A stretch of DNA of 64,000 bases from Octopus vulgaris (GCA_951406725.2 OX597823.1:48422001-48486000); one strand, 5' to 3'. Positions 12,677-26,460 are shown, counted from the stretch's first letter. The notes: generated by a model not told the origin, from the letters alone. Program-made: numbers and translations.

Positions 12677-14269
12677 GGTTTATATATCTTTACTGAGTTA
12701 GCATTTGTACCAATGAATTTAGTTCAGAAACATTTTTGCACATTTTTCTACTAATGCATTGAAATATCTGTCGTTTGTTTAATCTTTATGGCTTCTTTAT
12801 TTAAAGCATTTTCTCCAGAGGAAACCAGATTCATTTTTGAAAGGATTTACTTTCTGACATTTTATGATTATGCGATCATTTGTTATCTCTGAATATTTAG
12901 GCATTTAATGGACTCAAATGTTCTGTATGAATTAGGCTTCATTCTTACATTTATATATAAAAATTTGTGTCACCTGAGTTTGTGTTTCACCACATTGAAT
13001 ACTGTTGTATTTGGGGACTGAATTGTTTTCTAAATCTTCATTTCATCTTTCAGTTTATTCTAGTGTATTTCTTCCGATGACTACATCATTGATGTGCCTG
13101 ATATCCTAGTACACATGGAATGGTTATTTTCTGGAATTACTTTGTTCTCAATGTAGACCATACAAAACACCAAAAATGCAAAAGTTTTATATGGTCACTA
13201 ATGAGTGGAGAGCTATAGTCTTTCCACTCAATGTGTATAGATTGCTCCATGTATATCTTCTATGTGCATAAATTGCTCTACTGGCAACATAAGACAGCCT
13301 CAGTAGTTCAAGCAATCTGTGGCTATCATGGAATGTTGTTTGGCATATTGGGTGCCTTTAATGTTGGATACACAATGACCAATATTATTTCTACATTTTC
13401 CTTTGCAAGGAAAATCGGTAAATAGGTTTCCTACAACCCTGTAAGAAATCTAGTACAGAAAGACAACAGGGTAATGCCATTAGTAAGGAGAGGTTGGGGA
13501 AAAATGAAAAGGGAGAGTGAAATGTAGTGTCAGAAAGAAACAGAAAACACCAAGCTAAAAGGAGTTAAGAGAAGTTAATATAGGTATGAGTTATGGCACT
13601 TGTGAATGTGATGGGAGGAATGAAGGGAGGAATGAAGGGAGGGATGACAGGAGGAATGAACGCGTAGAAGAAAGTGACAATCGAGATATTGGCAATTAGC
13701 GATGGAGAAATGAAAAGCTAAAAATGAAAAATAAAATAATATTGAAACAATGAAAAAAATGATGAAGAGCTGAGGCAATGCAAAAGGGTGAGGTTTTAAT
13801 AGTTTACATAAACTGGGAGGGGACCCTTGGAAATCCTCATGCTGAAATTTGAATTCTTATACAATTTCTAAAACCGCTTCTCATGAGTGAATACTCTATG
13901 TCTCTTGTGTATATTTCTTGATGAGTCTATCAAATGATCTGAATTGTTAGTGCATTTATTAGGAAAATTATCATGAATCTTTATGGTTCCACAGGTGTAC
14001 ACAGGGTTAAATGAATTCTCTTCTTGTGTATATGAAAAGGAAAATGCTTCCTGAGGCAGTATTTGCTTTTACAATTGGGAACTGGTTCCAATGCATTGAC
14101 AAAAACTTGAACCCTTTAACATTCACTTAACTCTGTCAACTATGGATGTGTTGCAGTCACTCTCTTGATAGGGTCCCTCCATTCAGTATAACTGTAAGAA
14201 GCACCACTGGCTCAGTTGAGCCCTTCCACTACCTCTTCACAATCTGCCATGTTGCAGTCCCATGACTTT

Positions 14270-14770
14270 ACCATATCCTTGAACAGATGCCATACTTCTG
14301 AACAGGTGCCATATCCCTGAACAGGCGCCATATCCTTGAACAGGTGCCATATCCCTAAACAGGTGCCATATTCTTGAACAGATGCCATATCCCTGAACAG
14401 GTGCCATATCTCTGAACAGGCACCATATTCTTGATCAGATACCCATATCCCTGAACAGGTGACATATCTCTGAACAGGTGCCATATCCCAGAACAGGTGC
14501 TATATCCCTGAACAGGTGCCATATCCCAGGATGTGCACCATATCCTTGAACAGGTGCCATGTCCCTGAACAGGTACCATATCCCTGAACAGGTGCCATAT
14601 TCTTGAACAGATGCCATATCCCAGAACAGGTGCCTTATCCCAGAACGAGCACCATATCCTTGAACAGGTGCCATATCCCTGAACAGATGCTATATCCCTG
14701 AACAGGTGCCATATCCCTGAACAGATGCTATATCTCCGAACATATGTTATATCACTGAACAGGTGCTATA
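14270..14770. repeat. Minisatellite, 19-bp unit atatccctgaacaggtgcc, about 26 copies
   Basis: Head-to-tail units with point variants and no spacers. Confidence 0.95.
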
Positions 14771-14830
14771 CCTAGCCAAAGGGCAATCCATAATTATGCA
14801 GGACACAGTCGTCACACCACAGGGTGTACC

Positions 14831-15349
14831 CAAATGACTAGCTTACAATGAGTTATTATGACTAGTGTAGTTTTGGGAACAATAATGTCAATCTAACAAT
14901 GCTACTAGTATTATTGAGGAAAATCAAATATGGAAATTAATCAGAGATTTTGAGCATATAGCTTGTGTTTACACAAAACAGAGTATATTATTTTCTGGCA
15001 AAACAACACATGCAAATGAATTGGAAAAGACTTATAACAGAGTATGAATTTTTAAAGATTATTTTCCTCTTGAACTTTATTCAGATCAAATGACTAGCTT
15101 ACAATGAGTTATTATGACTAGTGTAGTTTTGGGAACAATAATGTCAATCTAACAATGCTACTAGTATTATTGAGGAAAATCAAATATGGAAATTAATCAG
15201 AGATTTTGAGCATATAGCTTGTGTTTACACAAAACAGAGTATATTATTTTCTGGCAAAACAACACATGCAAATGAATTGGAAAAGACTTATAACAGAGTA
15301 TGAATTTTTAAAGATTATTTTCCTCTTGAACTTTATTCAGATCAAATGA
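14831..15349. repeat. Tandem duplication, 256-bp unit x2
   Basis: caaatgactagc starts at 14831 and 15087; caaatga recurs at 15343. Confidence 0.95.
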
Positions 15350-16025
15350 AGAATGTGGCCTACAGTAGTTCCTGAGTGTGGACTACTGCCATGCTTTGGC
15401 ATCACCTTCAAAGGTTTTAGTAAATCAGACTAGAATTTATTTCAGTTTGGTAATCAATCTTTGTTTATCATATAGCTAAATTACATACAGCTTAGTGCAA
15501 AGGAACATAACTGGATGCACCATTTATACATGAATGTACACAAAGGCACACAAACACACACATACACAGCAGGATTCTGCACAGTCTCCGTCTACCGAAT
15601 TTTACTTGTAAGTCATTGGTCAACCCAGAGATAATAGACAAGACATACACTCAAGGTGCCCTGCTGTAGAATTGAACCTGGAACTGTATGGTTATGAAGC
15701 AAGCTTCTTAACTACATTGCTATGTCTGTGCTAATATAGTTAACATTTACACATGAGTTTGCTGTACAAATTAAGATTCTCTAAGGCATTCAAGCAAAGA
15801 CAGCTGATAGTCTGAATTAATTATATGTGAACAGAAATAAATCTATACATTAGATAACAAAAAAAAAGACCTTAGTTGTTGCTGTTGTTCAGCCCCAGGT
15901 CAGACCTCATCAAATATATCTATGATCAAAGATATTTTTACCTTTTTCTTTTTGGACATAGTATATCTAGAAATACATTATCTAATGTGTTCTTCCATTT
16001 TTTAAGATAACAGAATATGCTTTAA

Positions 16026-16562
16026 CCCTTTAGCATTCATATTATACTGTCAAATGTAAAAGTGTAAAGAGTAAAGACCCCCTTCAGTGATGAATGACCA
16101 TGGGATTGCACCTAGAAAGTTCCCCTCCAAGGCACAAGTCCGAAAACCAGCCACTGCCTATACATACCAGCCTCCCTTCTCCATGCCACACCTATGTTAT
16201 CCAAGGGAAAGGCAAAGGCCGATACCGCTGGACACCAGTGATATCACAACTCATTTCTACAGCTGAGTGAAATAAAGTGTCTTGCTCAAGAGCACAACAC
16301 GGAGCCCACTCCAGGAATCAATCTCACTACGTTGTGATTGCAAGCCCGATTCTCTAATCACTGAGCCATGTGCCTTCACATGTTATGCATATTTATTCAC
16401 ATTGTCATGAATTAATCACACATTATCTTGTAGTATCAATAGTTCGGTGATGTCATTGTTTATTTTTAAAATGACATTGTAGGGCAGATGTGAAAGGCTG
16501 GTTTGAACACTGAATGGGTAAAACATTTGGGGCCAGATCTGGTTGGTTTAAATTTTAAAGGG
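16026..16562. mobile_element. piggyBac-type MITE (TTAA target, CCC/GGG ends) with nested SINE at 16071-16378
   Basis: ttaa|ccctttagcatt ... taaaggg|ttaa; same body at ~9648-10212, 59710-59924 and 62919-63122. Confidence 0.75.
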
Positions 16563-16967
16563 TTAAGGGAAATTATTTGCTATTTCCAGCAGATAGATCA
16601 ACTGCATAACAGTTTCCACCATTGTCTTTATAATATCTTTACCATTAGAGTAAATTGTTTTATCAAAATATTTCAGGGATTCAGTTTTTGAGAGGAGTCA
16701 ACTAAGAAGATTAGTTACAGGGACCAATTATAATGCTAGAGATACAACTAAGAATATTCTTTTCTTGGCTGAGTTAAAAGTCAAAGAAAATACACAATTG
16801 TGCTTCCTGAAGACAAATTAATCCATTCCTCAGTGCTCTCTGTATTAATATAAAGTCATGTATAATGATGTTATCTTCCTATTATTTCTTAAGTCCAAAG
16901 CAACCCAAACTCAATACTATAAAATAAACAGTTTCATCAGTTTGACAGTGCTGCTATTATTACCTTC

Positions 16968-17175
16968 AGCTGGCAGAATCATTAGCACGCTGGGTAAAAT
17001 GCTTAGTGGTATTTCATTAGTCTTTATGTTCTCAGTTCAAATTCCACTGGGGTTAACTTTATCTTTCATCCTTTTGGGGTCGATAAATTAAGTACCAGTG
17101 CAACACTAGGGTTCATGCAATCAACTAGTCCCATCCTCATCCCAAATTTCAGGCCTCGTGCTTTTGTTAGAAAGG
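16968..17175 (+). mobile_element. SINE family S2 (Nin/Deu-domain-like body)
   Basis: ggcagaatcattagc...agttcaaattcc...ctttcatcctttt ggggtcgataaattaagtaccag. Other copies near 630-780, 17195-17395, 30265-30520, 39555-40270, 42485-42700, 46700-46870, 54630-54830, 60000-60415, 63155-63360. Confidence 0.75.
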
Positions 17176-18364
17176 GTTTTTACTTTCCGACTGTGGTGGA
17201 CAGACAGAAACATTAACACACTGGGAAAGATACTTGTCAGCAGTTTGTCCATCTCTACATTCTAAGTTCAAATTCCACCAAGGCTGACTTTGCTGTTCAT
17301 CCTTTCAGGGTTGATAAAATAAGAACCAGCTGAGTGAGTATTGACATGGCCCCCACCCCCAAAATACTGCTGGTCTTGTGCTAAAATCTGAAACTATTAT
17401 TACTCTCAGCTTTGAGCAATATTGTATATCATGGTACCATCTTACTGCTAGGTACCCCATCTGTTGAGGGTTAAGTATCTTAACAATAAACAGTAGTACA
17501 AGTAGCAGAATATGAATCCTCCTCCTCCTTTGTCTCATGGTCTGATAGTCTTTTAACCCTTTTAATACCAACTTCTTTGAGACTTCCCATACTAAAGTGT
17601 TCATATTTTAATTGCAATATTGACCAAAATCTCATTAGAACATTAATAGTTCCATAAGACTTCAGTTAGTCAACAGTTGTATGATAAAACAACATACTGA
17701 GCGATGAATATTCTTTATGAAACCCTTCTAAAATCTTGATTATATTTTTGAAAATTAATTGAAGCGCATAGGCTGTCAATTCATTAGCAACACAGTCACA
17801 AAATGGTTATCAATGCCATGGCTCTTAGTCAAATCACAGAAATACAGAAAACTGACCTGTCTCATATGAATGCTTCAGGTTGAATTGAATATAAATTAAT
17901 TATTTAAAACAGACAGAGACTGCAGACGATGATGACAACAATGATGATGATAGTATAAGCATTATAATTAGTTTTACTAAGGCGTGATATCTGTAATATG
18001 CTTAATTCATTGCTTTTACATATCTTAGTGAATAATTGTGATTTATATTCAAATTAATACAGATTTCTTTTCACTGGAAATGAAGTCAATCCTTGCCGGG
18101 AGGTCGACACAGTTGATTGAACCAACCTCACTAAGCTACAGTTATTTATTCCATTATTCCACTGGGGATACCAAACTACGTACCGTAAGATAACCATATC
18201 ACTGTGCTACCCTTTCACCATCTCTACCTTAATATATATTATTATTATTATTATTATTATTAATACAGTTAGAACAAATCGAACTAATTACTTAAAACTG
18301 ATTTATTATCTTTTAAATACATCAATACTTCATGTAAAAATGCAGTAAAATGAAATATACTTAC

Positions 18365-18407
18365 TCGATGCGAACTATGGGCAGCGATTTGGAGTGCTTC
18401 AACCCAT
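18365..18407 (-). CDS. Host gene exon A (43 nt, phase 2 to 0): C-terminal helix of a PH domain, WVEALQIAAHSSHR
   Basis: Minus strand reads tctttattttcag|ATGGGTTGAAGCACTCCAAATC...CATCGA|gtaagt. The W-x-x-A-L motif is the invariant PH C-terminal helix; ends in phase 0, matching exon B. Confidence 0.8.
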
Positions 18408-18611
18408 CTGAAAATAAAGAGAAGCATAAAGCAAACTTAGTATTTAACAACAACAGCAACAACAACAACAACAACAACAACAAAATAACGAAACCATTAA
18501 ATTAAATTCTAAAAAATCACATTTTCAACTGAGAATAATCTAAAAAGCATATAAAATTTTTATTTTTTTCATTTTAAAACCCAAAACACCATGGGGAATA
18601 TCTACAACAAC

Positions 18612-19293
<682 letters not shown>

Positions 19294-19297
19294 TATG

Positions 19298-19806
19298 TCT
19301 ATATATATAAAACTCTAGTTGTGTGAGTGTCTGTCCCTTCGATTTAGATTCCTAACTCCTCCCACATTTTGCGGTGCAGTTTAACCAAATTCGGGTATCT
19401 TATAGTCGTGATTCATATCGAGCCCGTCTGGCTATTAGCGCGCGTCAACGATGAGTCTACGATTTTAAAAATAATCTAACATCATTTTTTATTCCATTTT
19501 AATGCATAATCTTTCGTGTGTCAATGGCGGCGGAGTTGGCGTCCACGCTCACGCCTGCACCTGTTTGCTTCTCCCCCTTCCCTCCCTCGTGAAGCTGTGG
19601 GGAAGGGAGTGTAAAGAAATCAACTTCGTAATGCGTTGTCAAGGAGACCAGCGTTCTTTTAGAACAACGACTTCATGGCCTGAAGACACCAAAACAGAAA
19701 TGGCTAAGAAAGACCGAATTGGCATCTGTAAGGGAAGTAACTCTCTAAAAATGCTTATATAGTTATTTCCCTTACAAACCCGAGCAACGCCGGGCGATAC
19801 TGCTAG
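19298..19806 (+). mobile_element. Non-autonomous Helitron, family H-A, copy 1
   Basis: 5' TCTATATATATAAAA, 3' hairpin cccgagcaacgccggg then CTAG|T; no TSD; adjoins a (TA)n array. Confidence 0.85.
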
Positions 19807-20312
19807 TAGATATATAAAACTGTAGTTGTGTGAGTGTCTGTCCCCTTCGATTTAGATTCCTTACTTCCACATTTTGCGGTGCAGTTTAACCAAATTCGGG
19901 TATCTTATAGTCGTGATTCATATCGAGCCCGTCTGAGTATTAGCGCGCGTCTACAATGAGTCTACGATTTTAAAAATAATTTAACATCATTTTTTATTCC
20001 ATTTTAATGCATAATTTTTCGTGTCGATGGCGGCGGAGCTGGCGTCCATGGTCACACCTGCACCTGTTTGCTTCTCCCCCTTCTTCCTTCCCTCGTGAAG
20101 CTGTGGGGAAGGGAGTGTAAGGAAATCAACGTCGTAAAGCGTTGTCAAGGAGACCAGCGTTCTTTTAGAACAACGACTTCATGGCTTGAAGACACCAAAA
20201 CAGAAATGGCTAAGAAAGCCCGAATTGGCATCTATAAGGGAAGTAACTCTCTAAAAATGCTTATATAGTTATTTCCCTTACAAACCCGAGCAACGCCGGG
20301 CGATACTGCTAG
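19807..20312 (+). mobile_element. Non-autonomous Helitron H-A, copy 2, head-to-tail with copy 1
   Basis: Same body and identical 3' hairpin plus CTAG; scattered substitutions versus copy 1. Confidence 0.85.
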
Positions 20313-20322
20313 TATATATATA

Positions 20323-20920
<598 letters not shown>

Positions 20921-20961
20921 ATATATATATATATAAATATATATATTTAAATATATATATA

Positions 20962-20993
<32 letters not shown>

Positions 20994-21414
20994 AATATAT
21001 ATATATCTCTATATATAAAACTGAAATGCGTTTTTACCACTTGGTTCGCTTTCAATGCCACTACATCCCGTCCGATTCGCTCCAAAATTTACAGGGACAT
21101 GTAGAATGAGGTGACGATGCGCGTGGGCTACCTTACAAATCCATATCTTAAAAGCTGTTGTTTCTAGGGGCCATCTTCCTACCTCATCCTATTTCCTCCA
21201 GTACTCTGTCACTCCTCTTCATTTATAACTTTCAGAATGCCACTACGGTTATTTAAAGTATCTGTCACTATCGCTATTTCCTTTCTTTTTCACTGACTCT
21301 GTTTCCTACCTTCCTATCACTTCGGCGGCGTTCTTTGAAGTATATGTCTGTCACCAACAATCAACACACGAGCATGAGAACAAATATTATGAATCAGATA
21401 TTCTTGCGTTCATT

Positions 21415-21690
21415 TATATGTGTGTGTGTGTGTGTTCTATATATATATATGTATATATAATGTATGTGTGTGTGTGTTCTATATATAAATATGTATATAT
21501 AATGTATGTGTGTGTGTGTGTTCTATATATAAATATGTATATATAATGTATGTGTGTGTGTGTGTGTTCTATATATAAATATGTATATATAATGTATGTG
21601 TGTGTGTGTGTGTGTTCTATATATAAATATGTATATATAATGTATGTGTGTGTGTGTGTTCTATATATAAATATGTATATATAATGTATA
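21415..21690. repeat. Compound minisatellite (tg)n-ttctatatataaatatgtatatataatgta, about 6 copies
   Basis: Direct reading. Confidence 0.85.
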
Positions 21691-21838
21691 TATACAAAGT
21701 GTATATATCTGTATTTATGTATATTAAACTTTTTCATACTTTTTCATAGTTATATATATTTTTAAACAAATTATAAATATAATTTCATAATTTTTATTTT
21801 CAATTTAAATAATTTAAAGTTTTCAATTTTATATTTTA

Positions 21839-22753
21839 CTAGCAGTATCGCCCGGCGTTGCTCGGGTTTGTAAGGGAAATAACTATATAAGCATTTTTAG
21901 TGAGTTATAGCAAAAAAAATAGCAAAAAATGCATTAAAGATGGAATAAAAAATGATAGTAATTTCTTTTTTAAATCGTTGACTCATCGTAGACATTTTTA
22001 CAGAGTTACTTCCCTTATATAATAGCGAAAAATGCATTAAAATGGAATAAGAAATGATGGTAAATTTTTTTTAAATCGTAGACTCATCGTAGACGCGCGC
22101 TAATACCCAGAAGGGCTCGATATGAATCACGACTATAAGATACCCGGTTTTGGTTACACTGCACCGCAAAATGTGGGAGTAGTTAGGAATCTAAATCGTA
22201 GGAGCCAGACACACAACCTTACTTTTATATATAAAGATTTGTGCAACAACTAAAACATTCGGTTGTGCAAATTGTTTGCACAGGAAACCTGCCCTGTGTG
22301 GCGGTTTTTGCCGTTTTTGTGGATCTGTTTCAGCTTTTTTAGCGATTTCTGTTTTGGCGACTTCAAGCCATGAAGTCGTTGTTCTAAAAGAACGCTGGTC
22401 TCCTTCACAACGCATTACGAAGTTGATTTCCTTACACTCCCTTCCCCACAGCTTCACGAGGGAGGGAAGAAGGGGGAGAAGCAACACAGGTGCAGGCGTG
22501 AGCGTGGACGCCAACTCCGCCGCCATCGACACACGAAAAAATATGCATTAAAATGGAATAAAAAATGATGTTAAATTATTTTTAAAATCGTACACTCATC
22601 GTAGACGCGCGCTAATACCCAGACGGGCTCGATATGAATCACGACTATAAGATACCCGAATTTGGTTAAACTGCACCGCAAAATTTGGGAGTAGTTAGGA
22701 ATCTAAATCGAAGGGGACAGACACTCACACAACTACAGTTTTATATATATAGA
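21839..22753 (-). mobile_element. Composite Helitron H-A: two 5' ends (22753, 22237) and one 3' CTAG end (21839)
   Basis: Reverse complement of the 19.3-kb element from 22753 to ~22330, a ~90-bp linker, then a complete related element from tctttatatataaaag to hairpin plus CTAG. Confidence 0.82.
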
Positions 22754-24172
22754 TATATTTTCTATGTTATATTTTCTTTTTTTATGTTTTTGTTTTTGGT
22801 TTTTCACTGTTTGATTTGCCTATTAGTGGTTTTATCTCTAATTTAATTTATACAGATATATATCTCATTTGTATACATTTGTATATATAATGCGTGCACA
22901 CACACACACACACACATATATATATACACATATATATATGTGTGCATTACGTAGGCGGTCGATTCACCTGAAAATATGCACACCTATGTTAAAGGTGCTG
23001 ACAAGTTTGCATCACAACTATTTTGTTCCTCAAATGAAAGGCGTCACCTCTAGGACAAAATTCCTCATCTTATAAAATGTGTCCCCAGTACACCCGAATG
23101 AAATCGGGTTATATTAACCAAAATGTGAAAAGGGGTCTAAATGGGGCTGGAAGGGGATTAAAATTTCAAAGAGCGGGTGTTTAGGAATTCTCTGTTGCAT
23201 CAAGCTAAAAAATTTGCGCCAGCCTTTTAATCGTCAATGTGTTGCCGTCCATGATAAAGAAGTTTTGAATGCTTGCCATGGTGAGTCTACTGTCGTGAGA
23301 AAGAATCACTTCAAAAATTGGTGTTTACGAATTTTCTTTTACATCAAGTTCAAAATTTTACGCCAGCCGTTAAACTGTCACTACGTTGCTGTCCGTCGTT
23401 AACAAATGCCAGCCATGGTGACTCTACTATCCTCAGATTCTATCCCTTCAAACTTTGGTTTCCAATATTTTATTATTTTTATTCAGCTCGCAAGTTCGTC
23501 TGTCCCTTTTGAATGTTAGCGTTTTGCTGTCTGCCTTGAAGCAGACCGTTCCATTGCCACTGCCTCATATTTCTGATTGATCTTTCTAAATATTTTATTT
23601 CTCAACTTACTCAAGATCTTCTGTTGTTTATAAATGGGAGAGAGATAGATAAAGATAGAGAGTAAGAGAAAGCGAGGGAGAGTCAGAGAGAAAAGAAAAG
23701 TAAGAGAGTGGGAAAGTGAGAGAGAAAGGAGAGAGAAACAAATACGGAGAATCATCATCATCATCATCGTTTAACGTCCGTTTTCCGTGCTAGCACGGGT
23801 TGGGCAGTGTGACCGGGTCTCGGAAGCCAGGAGGCTGCACCAGGCTCCAGTCTGATCTGGCAGTGTTTCTACAGGTGGATGACCTTCCTAACGCCAACCA
23901 CACTGTTAGTGTAGTGAGTGCTTTTTCGTGCCGACGGCACTGGTGCCAGGGGGCTCGCAGTGGCAACGATCGGTTGGTGCTTTTTCGTGCCACCAGCACA
24001 GAAGCAAGTTAAAGGCGGTGCTGCAATCGGCCACGTTCGGATGGTGCTTTTTACGTGCTGAAAGGAAGCAACAGAAAGTAACACCCACACTCTTACCCGC
24101 GCGTAGAGCGGGTCACTTTCAGCTAGTATAAATATATATATAAATATATATATATGTAAATATATATATATG

Positions 24173-24467
<295 letters not shown>

Positions 24468-24510
24468 AATATATATAAATATAAATATATATATATATTT
24501 ATATATATAT

Positions 24511-24890
24511 ATAGCAGTATCGCCCGGCGTTGCTCGGGCTTGTAAGGGAAATAACTATAAAGCATTTTTAGAGAGTTATAGCCAAAAAATAGCAAAAAAA
24601 TGGGGAAAAAAATGATGGTAAATTTTTTTTGATAGTTAAAAAGGTCGAGTTGCGTCCCCTAGACCATCTGTGGCTTGTGTTTCTGATTGTCGACCCCATG
24701 TCGAATTTATCGATTTTTTCAGAACTGGGGGAACTTTTCAAAATTTTCGCTGCGTTACTTTTGAATTATGACATTGGGCTATGTGTGTGTCAAGTTTCAT
24801 CAGAATCGGTTGAAAGCCGTGGTCAGGGTGAGGGTACAACCTAACAGACACACAGACACACACACAGACAAACTGCCGTTTATATAGAGA
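24511..24890 (-). mobile_element. Non-autonomous Helitron H-C (3' end shared with H-A, different 5' body)
   Basis: 3' hairpin tag-cagtatcgcccggcgttgctcggg on + strand; body caagtttcatcagaatcggttg...acagacacacagac; 5' TCTCTATATAAACGGCAG. Confidence 0.8.
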
Positions 24891-25040
24891 TATATATATA
24901 TATATATATATACATATATCATGCCAGTTGGTGAATAGGTTGTCTTCTAGTTTCACCTTACCTGTTTATACATATTTAAAATTTTACCTGAGGGTGGTGG
25001 ATTTATGTTATGAAGTGATCTATGAGTGCATCAATAAACG

Positions 25041-25250
<210 letters not shown>

Positions 25251-25259
25251 TATATATAT

Positions 25260-25451
25260 AACGGGAAGCTTTATGAAAATAGACAAAAGACGAAGGCAGG
25301 TTTACGGAAATAAACAAAAGACGAAGGCAGGTGGAATACAAACAAACAATTGTATTAGTATGGCGCTCAGGAAATATAAATGAAACAAGTCTTTAACGTT
25401 TCGAGCCTACGCTCTTCAACAGAAAGATACACAGAGAAAAAAAACACAGAA

Positions 25452-25452
<1 letters not shown>
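25260..25452 (-). mobile_element. Short Penelope-like (pLTR-type) fragment containing a hammerhead motif
   Basis: Contains the motif at 25390-25427 and shares ttcctgagcg..ata.ta.ta downstream motif with 49112-49308; flanked by microsatellites. Confidence 0.55.
25390..25427 (-). ncRNA. Minimal type I hammerhead-ribozyme-like motif
   Basis: UCUUU-CUGUUGA-A-GAGC-GUAG-GCUC-GAAA-CGUUA-AAGA: stem I, variant core (canonical CUGANGA), stem II, GAAA, palindromic AACGUU stem III. Confidence 0.6.
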
Positions 25453-25488
<36 letters not shown>

Positions 25489-25947
25489 TGTACACACACA
25501 CATACATATAGGGAACTCTCTTGGGAAAAGTGCTCAGTCAAGGGGTAAAAAAAGAGGCTTAATGAATATTTAAAAAGAACCTTTCAAAGATTACAACATT
25601 GTGGTTGACTGTGCTAAATGAACCGAATAGTGGAGTATGGAAAGCAAAAGAGCTAATACAGAGAAGAAACATTCATTTTGTAAGGCTAGAGCTACAAACA
25701 AGTACCCCAAGTATTATACCTTTCTGTTTATGCCCCACGTGACTACATGGGATATGGGGTTCTTGACTCAGATGGGCCCCCATCAGGCATGTTAAGATAC
25801 ATGGACCAGACCAGATATAAAAATCCATAATCTTAAGTCATTTTCAAATTTATATATATATATTTATATACATACCCACGCATATATACACACACATATA
25901 TACATTCATTCTTGCGTGTGTGTGTATGTTTGTGTGCTTGTGTGTGC

Positions 25948-25984
<37 letters not shown>

Positions 25985-26423
25985 TGTGTGTGTGTGTGGT
26001 TAAATAGATATTTATGAATATATAAAGGCATTTAACATAAATCACCACACAGCAGCAGAACTAATTAGTCGAACATATGAAAATATATTTGTATATTTAA
26101 AATGTATTTAGTTGTTTAGTCTCAGCATGGAATGATTTCGAAATTACGGCTCCAAGATGCCATAAAAGGCATGCTAGAAATCAAGCACGATTTCAATAAT
26201 TAATTAGGCTTTGATTCAGCAGGTTCTTTCCCACACTCTATCTCCCCCTCTTTCTACTCATGTATACACACACACACACATATATTCATCATAATCATCA
26301 TCATTGTTTAATGTCTGCCTTCCATGCTAGCATGGGTGGGACAGTTTCTCAAGAGCCGACCAGACTTCTGTGACTGTTTTGGCACATACACACACACACA
26401 CATATATATATATATACATGTGC

Positions 26424-26460
<37 letters not shown>

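Larger units (their letters stand above)
11240..13420 (-). pseudogene. Heavily decayed Penelope-like retroelement (RT and GIY-YIG remnants), split by SINEs
   Basis: Minus-strand remnants SSPL..TFA..CMVYIENK (~13140-13215), RHINDVVI (~13075-13100, eroded RYIDD) and RRLTIETLLIANK/KPKINTQ (~11412-11470). Confidence 0.5.
21006..24126 (+). mobile_element. Larger non-autonomous Helitron (family H-B) carrying nested insertions
   Basis: 5' tctctatatataaaactg at ~21006; 3' hairpin acccgcgcgtagagcgggt and CTAG|T at 24123-24127. CpG-rich interior with diverged ~145-bp internal repeat (23198-23460). Pairing of the two ends is inferred. Confidence 0.6.

Noticed and set aside
14270-14770. CRISPR-like array or repetitive protein (MAPVQGYG... 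ORFs)
   Set aside because: Contiguous 19-bp units with no unique spacers, eukaryotic context, no cas genes, and unit length is not a multiple of three.
19502-19762. Repeated ORF LPSLVKLWGRECKEIN (also 20068, 22191) as a gene family
   Set aside because: Lies inside non-autonomous Helitron copies, starts and frames vary, and there are no RepHel motifs.
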